A stretch of 64,000 bases of DNA, from NCBI RefSeq assembly GCF_000150275.1, contig NW_002060951.1, positions 1,684,297 to 1,748,296 on the forward strand, read 5' to 3'. The notes under the pieces are model-generated. The model worked only from the letters and a program-made list of their open reading frames with translations. It had not been told where the DNA came from and ran no database searches. Each line of letters opens with the position of its first letter. Position 1 is the stretch's first letter. Source of the stretch: Trichoplax adhaerens. Its lineage: Eukaryota; Animalia; Placozoa. Of this stretch, positions 26,620-37,900 are shown piece after piece. Position numbers and translations under genes: made by a program.

Positions 26620-27416
26620 AAATTGTATCGCAGTATATCGTATGTCAATGTATTGTTTATGATTTGAGTAGCTGATCGCATTAGCCATTCTTCCACGGCA
26701 TAAAATGTAATAGTATTGAGTAGCAATGTGGTACTTAGAATTTTTATCTGGCAGTAAAGAGCGTATATTTGGTACTGTAACATGATATTTCATTCGCTTA
26801 TAGTGGTGATATTCACTCAAGGCCCTAATGTCGATAGTAGCCCTGCTTGAATAAGATTGTACAGTTTGTAAATTTGTGACCTATTCGTAGGATATGGGCA
26901 GAATATGGTAATTTAGTTGTGTGAACGTATTGCATTAGACTTTCTTATAAATGAAACCAATATTACGGCAGCTATCGCTTACTTATCACTATGTATGTAG
27001 TCAATCACGTAAGGATTGCAGTTGTAAGGCATTTTGAACTCGTAACAACATTGGCAAAGTTGAACTGAATTGTTACGTTATCGTGATTATTGATGTTCAC
27101 ACTCCACGAAGATGTTGTCATATAGCGTTTCCTATTTTTAATCAAGTTGGTTGGGTCTTGTAAATGTTGTAAAAATGTATTATTGCTGTACCTTTGTGAC
27201 ACTAATATCGTGCTTCTACCGTAGGTTGTAGATTTACCTAACTACGGTTATCTATTCCGCCATTATATTGCAGTAGATACACCTGTACTGTGTGTAAATG
27301 GAGTCGCAATAATCTATAGCTTGTGTACTGTAATTCAATCACCAATAGTTCCGTTTTGTGATGATTTAGATATGTATGCTACTGTATATCATGATTGTGT
27401 ACAATAGTGTTTAAAA

Positions 27417-27422
27417 AATAAA
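27417..27422 (+). terminator. Likely Pumilio polyadenylation signal (AATAAA)
   Basis: First AATAAA I found after the stop, about 800 nt downstream. Confidence 0.5.
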
Positions 27423-28115
27423 AGCCAAGTTAATTGCATTATAAATAAGTTGGATCAGATTATGTATACGGTCATCTTATTGCTATCACTAACAGCAGTG
27501 ATTATGGCTTGGCCAAAGAATTATCTATTAACATTGTCTGGTTCAGAATAATTGTAAAGATGAGCTATTCGGCGTTACCGTGATCACTTGATAGCAAGTA
27601 CTTTATTACAAAGCAGAGATGAAGCAAAATACAGGAACCATAAGTTTTTTAGTTAAGAGTAATTCCACAGTAATATTCTTGGAGACAAGCTTGCGAAAGC
27701 TAACAGTATTGTTTAGTTTATACTCTTAGACATTTAATAGTAACTCCGGCAAAGTTTTGCGGTCGACTCTGATAAGTAATGTATTATAAGATCATCACTA
27801 TCATGATATTCAAGTATATTTCGCACTTTTAATAGTTACGGAAACGATACAGTTGGGCTTCCAAGAGAAGATATCATTAAATAAAATACTTTAGTAACTG
27901 CGTTATGAAAGGTATATTTCTATTTCAAAGTATAAGAGAAAAATTAATATTATCATTCAGTTTTTCGGAATTATATATACGGTTATATTTACGCGTACTT
28001 TCTACATTACTCGGTACAATCAAAGCATGTCGATGCTAGTTCAATACGTGTGTGTACTATAATAATTAGCTGACGAGATTTCGAGAGGTATTTTAAAGAG
28101 CAACGGCATCCCACT

Positions 28116-28304
28116 GTAGGGTTAGTCCTACGTGATTTTTGTTTCAAAAGTATCGCTGAAACGGTTTTTTTTAGTGAATTGAATATGATTTTGCTTCAAA
28201 AATATCGCTAAATGTTTTTATCGAATTTAAGTCCGCTCTATAAAATCGTTTCAGCATTACTTTCGAAACAATAATTACAGTACTGTATGTAGGACAAGCT
28301 CTAC
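28116..28304. mobile_element. Degenerate MITE-like foldback element
   Basis: About 70-bp imperfect terminal inverted repeats: GTAGGGTTAGTCCTAC..TTGTTTCAAAAGTATCGCTGAAACG versus CGTTTCAGCATTACTTTCGAAACAA..GTAGGACAAGCTCTAC. Also an internal direct sub-repeat at about 28186-28212. No clear TSD. Confidence 0.6.
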
Positions 28305-30012
28305 TGTCGAGTGTCTCCTAGTGTACGATACGGTACTACAGCACGCTACTACAGTAGCGGTAGTACTGACTATAGTAGTTAGTGACTACTGTAGTCAGTC
28401 CTCAAAATACAGAAAAATATAGAAAAAAATAAAATATTGCCTATTTGCATCTCGTGCTTGCATATAACTTTATTAATTAACAAAGTTACAAAAATATGCA
28501 GTGTATTGCATGAGTCATGTTCGACCGGCACAGTAGGACTGTAGGTAGCTGTCAGCGTAGGAGAGTAGTTCGAAAAGCTATAAACTCGCTTTTATAAGAG
28601 CAGAAATAATATCGGGATTTTCTTAATTTTCTGCCTAACATGACGCGGTGACTGTTTAGTACCGCAGACCCTCGCCAGTTTATGAAAAGTTTTTAGAATA
28701 CAGTAGTGTACTTGACAGAAACTGTTGAACTGATGTATTCCATGCTACAGTACTAAACACTTCTACGAGCATATGAAAAAAACTGCGAAATTAATCCATT
28801 CCTAGCCGAGCCGTGCTTCGGATTACTCTGTCAATTTACAGTATTGCATTCATGATCTTGTCAATCTGATGCAATATCGTACAAAAAGTGAAGATCAATT
28901 CCACAATAGAGTACTGTACAGTCTGTACTAACATATTACAAATGAAAAGGAGAAATCCTTTTAGGAGTCCATGGACGGCAGTGAGCCACCGAACTCGGAC
29001 AGGCGGACTTTTTTTACTAAATGAGGTCGTCAATATTGAAGACTGATTACTGTACTTGGAATGGCTCTTTCATGTCTGTTTCTAAATCACTGATACTTAA
29101 TCAATAACATCTACGGTCTTATATAACTGTTTCCAAGCAGAACTTAGCAACAGATAATAAGATTCAGCGTAATACAGTATTACTTAATTTAGAAAAAATC
29201 ACTCAATTTAAAATCGATCCATTCCATACTAAAGTGCTATCATAACAAAGTATTTGGCACAATATTTTGACGAGATGACGCCAAAAGTGTCTGTCTGTCC
29301 AAGAATGATCAGTCCAGGTCTTCTTCTAATATTCCACGAGTGTACAGAACAGTATAGTACAATGCAGTAAAGTATCAGGGACTACTGCACATACTGTAGC
29401 GTATTGCAGGTCAAAATATTTACCCTTCCACGGTCTACTTTCTCTCTCTCTCTTACTACAGTGTATAATCGGGGATTATACAGTATAATAGTAAGAGAGA
29501 AGAGTAGGAGACGATGGAAAGAGTAACATTTTTACTTGAGTAGTCTCTGACAGTGTATACTAAGGACGGCAGTGTTTTTGTTACGATCATAATGAAAAGT
29601 GGGCAATCATGTACAGTACGGTATAAGTCTTCATGGTCTGGTCCGGTTCGGATCCGGTCTGATGGACTCGGCACTAAGGGACGTCTCATATTGTCGTTCA
29701 TACTGCGCAGACGTAGTATTTGAATGACGTTACGCTTTTATGACTGTGGTGTGTATGGCATCGGAGTCAAGTATCACTGCAAAGTCGCAACTCGTAATAC
29801 AGACGACTGACAGTTCTGCAAGGTATGGTACAGCTGATGCTGTACACTATCACAACGATACATCGTTGGTGTTAACCAGTCATTCTCCATTACATCACCA
29901 GAGCCGACGGAGAAAGAAGTATCCATATTTTATGATCGATTTAGACGTGCTAAAACCAATTTCTTGAACAAATTCCCTACAATCACTACAAGTTCTTCAA
30001 CGAATCTGATCA

Positions 30013-33000
30013 ATGGACGAACTTCGTCATAGAATCAACGTATGTAAAGTTAAAAACTCTTTTTCATAAACTTAGCTGTTGCAACTCATACAAGTGGATG
30101 GTAATGAATTAATTCATTTCATCTTGCTGTAGTCTATCTTTATTACTATTTGCTAATTGCTAAATCGGTCACATAACGATGATGCAACAGATTACAACAA
30201 CTGATAAATAGTGGTAACTTACTCTGTTGTGCCAAGATCATTTAATTAATACACTGCCATTGGAGATCTGTTGATGATGTACTATGAAAGATTCAAACGT
30301 TTACGCAATGGAGTATCCAGCAATATGGATGCACCCCAATGGAGAAGTTACTATGAAGTTGACACGTAGTGACGTATACTGTGCCAAGGAGTAGTCGTTA
30401 TTTAAAATTATAATCTGTTATAGCAAAATACCGTACAATTCCTATAGTTATATAACGTTCACAATCATTTATACTAGAGATATAGTGTAAATTATCGAAT
30501 ATTGTTCAATGGAACCTACTATAAAAGGAAGAATCGCTAAAGACGTAGCTTATGCTTAATTGTAAAGCAAAAAATTTCACATGTACAATATTATACTTGT
30601 AGGTTATTTTAAGCTAGTGCAGTCAAATCTTGAAAAGAACTGATAGTATTTGTATACCACTTTTAAAGACATATATAGTAAGAAGGGACTTCCAAGAGAA
30701 TTTCTCTTTAAGGAGATGCTGCAGTAGATTGCCTTGGTAGTTGGTAGTATAAAATTCTGGATATCACATCATATTTATAGCACTTGTTTTACTTAATCAA
30801 TTAAAAAAAATGTTGCAGAAGTAATAATTCAAATGGCAATCATTCATTAAATCACTTACAGACACACCTTTGAGAGTTGTAGTGACTACTTGTCTCTTCC
30901 GCTAGGGAAATAAAAATTATAGTTCAATGATATGTACACACTTTATCCGTAAAAAAAAATCCTTAATGATGCTTATATTATGATGCCTAAATACTGGACC
31001 CAGTCACCTACCGTTGGGGCAGTTCTAAATTAAGAATCTCCTATAACTTAAACAAACTGTCTTGTATACTTGGAATACTACTCGTACTATATAGGAAAGC
31101 TATGGAGTACACACAGTAAAACGTGCAATATTGAGTAATTCTTGATATCATAGAATTAGATAGAGCTACATGTTAGTCTATCTCCAATGTCTTTAATCAA
31201 AATAGTAGTGGTTATTCACTATAGTACTGTACTTTGATCGGTATGACTTTGAAAAAGAATTAATACTGTTAACATCTTTCCTTACAAGTTAACACGAAAA
31301 GTTTTCGACATGATTATTATGGCACGAACGAGGCAAATCCAATTGTTATCTTCATAGACTTTGCAAACTTTCCGTAGAAGTTAAAAATTTTAATTTATTT
31401 ACAAATGACAACATTATAGCTTTTAATTAAAGAAAGTGCCATGTTGGTATATCTTACTAATTTTACTATATTAAATTTTATTACAGCAATCTGACGCAAG
31501 ACATGAGCATTCGCTTTCATCCAATAATAATGTGGACCAGGTACGCTTCTAGTACTATATATTGCTATAATAATTTATTAGAGCAGTAAATGCAGGTATT
31601 TGCAAGAGATGTTGAATATAACTCTCTTATAGACTATCTAACTCATCAACTACCATAATTTAAAAATGATTATTTCCTGTACAACATTATTGTAGGTTCT
31701 ATTACGCGTAATAAAAATAGTAGTATAAAGCAAAGTTTTAATATATTCCTCTCGTTACGCAAGAAAAGCACTTTAGTGCATCATTCTTATGAGCAATTCC
31801 CAAACTAACAACTTATCTACAAAATTATTCTATTTGGCATATAATTATCTAGCAATCTGAAACTACTGAAAATTCAAATATCAACGAGAATGTGGACGGG
31901 TAACGAATATTTGTAGAATAGTTAATATGAGGTTTTGTTTATTGTATCATAATATATAATCTACGTTCTCTAATTTGACAACTAGCCAAACAGATTTGAT
32001 CCGTCGACCCATACAGGTTAGTTTAGATTCGTTATATTATATTACTTCAAATTTTGAATGTGTTTTATTGTTTTGAATTCATCAATATCGAGTTGCCGTT
32101 GTACGGTATCTTTATTTATCTAAAGCTTTTTATTATATCATCAGTTTTTAACAGCAATATTACGAAATGTCTTGACGTTTACAAGCAATTTTATAAATCC
32201 TATGACAACTGCCATTCAATTTTTGGGTAAAGAAATAATTTTTGATCAATGTATTTACTTGCTCTGTTGACGACTATATCTTAAAATATGCACTATGTGC
32301 ATATTTTAACATTCTTGTTTTTTGATAGTCCACCTTTTGATAGGTCGAAGAGCAACAGGTAAGCCGTTTCGTGTACCCTAAATAGCTGCCTAGATTTTAA
32401 AGATTTACTATAAAATCTTTATCTAAAACTAACTACTGCTAAACTCTACACCATCCTCAAAAATATTTAGGCGATCGGCGGCAAGTTGTCAATAGCATAG
32501 CATTCTTAGAAGCATTTCAAAGAGACTTTGGTGAGCGATGTCCGACATTCTATCGTGGCAGTTATAAACAGGTAGAAATGTTCATACATTTGTATGCGTG
32601 CGTTATTCTCTACTTTAAAACCTACCGAAAGATCGTAATAATGCCAAAGCAGATAGACGTAAAGTTTCTCATCAAATTATATTTCCGTTTTATTGAAAGG
32701 CTGTCAATTCTGCTAAAGAAGGTTTACAATTTCTCCTCGTTTATATCCATAGTCGAATGCATCAAGATACTGACACGTTTTGCAGGTAATTTATAAAACA
32801 ATTATTATCTTTGTATGATTGATATCCATGACTAATCAACACGTAGTCACTGTCTGCAAATTTCCCTTTATTAATTATGTTTCATCGATAATTACTGATT
32901 TTCGCTTATCTTTATTCCTAATTCTGTCTCTAATCTGAAAATAAGAGAGGTACTATGTAATGAGCAGTTTGTAGAGTTTATTAATAATAACCAAGTCCTT

Positions 33001-34284
33001 ACTTGGGGTGGTGATGTTGATACCTACGAAGGATACAGAGGTTTTATCATTATACATGTAGAATCTAAATTAAATTTGTAATATTTTTTAGTATTGTACG
33101 ATGTTTTTAGTTTTCATTGATCATACCTGATATTGAATACCGTTTACAGAGGCTTGTGAAGCTTTAAGACCTGCTACCTTTCCCTTTCTTGCCGTTATTT
33201 CACAGAGGGACAATAAAATGGTTGTCGTTAAAAGAATTGAGGGTATGTTTGATAAAGATCTGCAAGTAGTTATCATTTGTAATCCATCATAATAATCGTG
33301 AGAAAATCTATTTGCATAGCTTTATCACCATAAGAAATTTAAATTTTATAAATCTTCTCGCAGGATTGCTGGAATTGGATGAGGTTGTAGCTATGCTAAA
33401 ACAAACTTTTGAAGACAATGAACCTTATCTGGTGGTTGCACGGGATGAAAGGTATCCCACAATTATATTATTTTAAATCTTAATTATAAATAGTTAAGTA
33501 ACTATCATCAAATTTTCTAGAAATCAACGAATTACAAATCAGTTGTTGAGAGAACAGCAGGATGCCGCTTATCAAGAATCTTTAAGAGCTGATCAAGAGA
33601 AGGTAAAATCGCGTCACTGTCCTACACTGTGTTTTAAGTTACATTTCTACTATAAAATTGATACTCTACAATGATGGATTTTGCATGAATATTTGAACCT
33701 ACATGCAGGAACGTATAAAAAGGGCAGAATCTGAACGGTTAGAGAAAGAGAGAGAAGAAGAAAATAGAAAAGCTAAGGAAGCTGAAGAAAAATTAGAGGT
33801 GCCATTAAAGTTAGACTTTCATTGCTCTCTTATGATGCTGCGGGATTATTACGGTATAGTCATATAGTCAATTACAAATATTACTATTTTACAGCGTTAC
33901 AAATCGGAGCGTATCATGAGAGCTAACAGGGTACCCGCTGAACCGACAGTAGATGATCCTAATGCCGTTAGAATAATAATAAAATTTCCTTCAGGGTCTC
34001 GTCTTGAACGAAGATTTTCTACTAAGGATACTCTAGAGGTGATAAAAATTTACATGAATGGTCTCGCTTCCTTCAGTGAGCCTCTACAAACTTTTATTTC
34101 CTTATAGACATTATACGACTACATCCACAAGTCGGATGAAGTTCCTATGGAATTTGTAATTGTTACCAATTTTCCGCGTAAGACTCTTACATATGATCCC
34201 GACTCTACAAATATCCCTACTCTAGAGGAATTGGGTATCACTAGGCCATCAATGTTATTTATTCAAGATGAAACTGATGATTAG
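30013..34284 (+). CDS. FAF2: FAF2/UBXD8-like UAS + UBX domain protein (p97 adaptor)
   Basis: About 15 exons. UAS domain (FGERCPTFYRGSYKQAVNSAK..FLLVYIH..HQDTDTFCREVLC), coiled coil (LREQQDAAYQESLRADQEK) and UBX domain (IKFPSGSRLERRF..VTNFPRK..TLEELGI). The first exon MDELRHRIN (30013-30039) is less certain. Confidence 0.88.
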
Positions 34285-34964
34285 GCTGATTTGACAACAT
34301 CTACGGAAAGCATACCGTTAGAGCGTCCGAAAATCAAGTAATTTACTATAAGACTGACTTGCCTGTCTTTTGCTTCTGCTACATTCTCAGAGTATTCGAA
34401 ATTCGGGCAATCACTGCATATTTTATGTTGCAGTTCTGACATACAGTACTTATAATAAGAAAATTTATTTCGTATACATAAAAACAAATATTAATTCGGC
34501 ATGCTGTAAATATGCTAGTATAATTATTTCGGTCAAATTACTCCCTGAAATAAGAATTAACAGTTAGGCTAATACAAATCTTCTTAGTGGAAAACCAGGT
34601 CTCATGAGGAAAAAATTTACTTACACATAAATTGTACCTTAATTCCACATCTTAACACATCGCCAAAGGAGTAATTATTTTATATCAGCGCATTCATGAT
34701 GTACATTATAAACAGTTTATGCAATGTAACATAATTTTTGATAGTAATTACAATGTTTTTACACAATGTCTGATTACATAAAAAGATCTCTGAAAGTAAT
34801 ATTAGCAGTTCATATTCATTATATTCGATTTTGGGCCTAGTAGTAGTATGTTTGCTACTGTCGGTACGTTTTTGTGCTAAGTAATAAATTTGTTAACGTT
34901 GCGTGAAATAGTTAATTACATTACATGTTCACTATACATATTATATATGTAACTGGCTATCGCT

Positions 34965-37900
34965 TTAAATATCGTACTTTGATGCAACTTCTGCCTAAAG
35001 AGTAAAAATTGAAAGCAACACTATTCATATCTCCTGTTACGGTTTAACTTTTCGCCACAAATCAAATTAAACCTATATGGAAAATGAATTATTACCTGAA
35101 CACTTTGTAAATAGCGTTCCATCCTTTTTTTATCACGATTTTTTTGCTGTTTATTATCCTAAAACAAATTATTTTAGCTTTTGTTGTTAATTGTTACTAG
35201 TTGATACCATATATTACGGCTTATTGCGAATGTGGTAGATAACGGTCACAGTGCTTACAACAGTATTGACAATACATGAACAGGGAATCCATACGAGTAC
35301 GGAAATAATTAGGGTAGCTCCTACGATATTATTGGTAATCCATTCAGCTAGTAATTGATTGTAATTGTTCAACATTTAATAACGGAAAAATTATTGCAAA
35401 TTGTTGAATACATATTAAAGATACACTGTAGTTATCATAGTCAGTATAGCTTACCAACGTCGCGCGATGATAAATTTTCTAATGCGCTATGAATTCGTGT
35501 TATAAAGTCTTGCACAGTTTTGCTACACTTCCCCTAGTGCAATTCCAACATCAGCAATGCTTCAGATATGTTACACGAATGAGTAGGTAATCATGACTTG
35601 CTTGCTGTTACTAGAATAGCAATCTATATCTACAATCGATTATATTTAAGTGTCTGCAACGCAAGAGTAGTTTAGTTTTACCTTTTTACAAATTCCTTCA
35701 AGGCACGGATTATCGTCTGGTAAACTGATCATTTGGCCGTTAGCATCAAGATGTGGTTTACAAATAGCTGATGCATTGTCTTTGCAACATATTTGGCACG
35801 ATATGTTATCTAAATTAATTATACATAGATAATTAAATAATAATTAGCAAATTTGAGCCGGCCAATACACGATAATTTATACCTATAAGATGTAACATAA
35901 TGTCGAGACTTACTGTAACTAGAATCAAAAATATACACTTGAAACATTCATAATCACTACAAGAAAGTAAGCATTTCTATTACACGCAACTCATACCTAG
36001 TAAGGGTACTACAGCATGCACATATATCATCTACAAGCTAGTGAAGTAGTATAATAGGAAAGATAATGTAGAGGACGAGAACTCTATAAATTAATAACTT
36101 ATCAGTAAGAATACACGTTATCTAAAAATACTTTCGTCGTTGATTACCTCATAAGCCTAATATATTCGTAAACTTAATTACTATATTTTAAAATTGTATT
36201 ACCCAAATTCTAAGGATGCTGCTTGTCATGAACAGTAAATATGAGGATGTGCAAAATTACCTACTGCAATATTGCTACTGTTTAACACGCATTGCATCTT
36301 TCTTGTATGATTAAGAAACGCTTACCTTCACTACAAATGCACGGTGATTTATCGTATTTCTCACAGAATGTTAAGCAAATGCCATTTTGACAAACTCCCC
36401 TATGTTCACAAATCAATAATATAAATGAAAGCATGAGTTTACTAGCAGATTTCAAATCCATCTATTCGCAAGCTTAATTAACTTTCACGCTAAGTCAATA
36501 AATTATATTATATTACGCCTTCCAAATCGACATTAAACATTGAAAATAGTAAAGTCATTCTAAGTTAATCTTTTATTGCTAATATTCAAATCTAACACAA
36601 TAGCTAGTGTTAGTATTTATCTTCTGAAGTAAGGATTTTTAAGCTTACCCTCCAATGCATGGTGCATTATCTTCTTTGGGTAAAGCTTGAGGACATTGAC
36701 TGCTAAAACCAGTGGTCGAAGTTAAAGAAAGAATTATAGAAGCAATTCCATGATAGCAATGATATACTATGAAGGGTATTAGAATAGTTAAGTATCTTTG
36801 ATTTCGCTGATGTACGTTGTTGACTTAAAATTTCATTACTGTTCGTTAATGCGTCATAGAGTCTTCATTAGAAGACGATATGACTTCTGTAGTAGCTCAA
36901 ATTAGATTGTAAAAATTACAGGAAGGATTAAAATCCTGCACACTATAAAATTATTGTGAGGCAAAAACTATAAGTATTATTGCTTAATGAAGAGTAATGC
37001 AGCATGTGTAGTCTAAATCTGCATCTCTGAAACAAGTGCAGCAAAAAATTGAAGGACTATATGCGTAAACGAAAACATAAAATTGTGATATTAGAAGGAT
37101 ATTCGCAGTATGATTCTCCAAGGCATGATATATCTTCCGATACTGCTTCTTGACAGAGTGTTGTGTTTGGAGCAATTTGGCAGTTAAGACAGCAAATTTC
37201 GTTTTCATCGCTATTACATATACATAAATGATGCAGAATGTATTCCGTTGCATAATTAGCAAAGAAACCGTTATTCATTCCATGCTAAAACCTTAGTCAA
37301 AGCATGAACAATGTACTACTAATATTGAAATATGGTAAATACTTAAAAACAGGAATATGGAAAAATTATAGCATAAATGACTAAACTGAGCGAAACTGAA
37401 TGTCGTAGCTCCAATTTAATGACCCAGAGTAAACTGAAATATTATAATTATTTTTCCTATTTGATAATATACCTACAAACCGCATTTGGTCGGAATTTGC
37501 AATTCGGTGTACAACATGAACTTCTGCCTTTATTTCCTAGTATACCAGCGTCACATTCTTCTCCTTCTTCCACTTCATAATTTCCGCATCGACTTTTACT
37601 TCTTTCTAAAAATTTATAAATAACATTAGCTTTATTCCTAACAACTGATCGTACGACAATTGTTGCGCGATACATAACTTCAGTCCTACAAATTTTCAAT
37701 GTTAAACTTTATACACTTAATACCTGTAAAGCATAGCTGTGACTTGGCTTGCAATACTCCTTTAATACTGTCTTTACTACACGATGAAAAAAGCTATTAA
37801 GAAATAAAATACTGGTTAGCAACATCGAAATATATTATTAGCAAGTATTGCAAAATAAACTGTGCCTTTTCTTAGGAAACATAATGTAATGTATCAGAAG

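Noticed and set aside
33452-33520. FAF2 intron starting GTATCCCA as a U12 intron
   Set aside because: Positions +7/+8 deviate from GTATCCTT and no CCTTAAC-like branch site is evident.
35997-36030. Possible extra Cys-rich ADAM17 exon (DDICACC)
   Set aside because: At 34 nt it would frameshift, and the neighbouring exons already join in frame.
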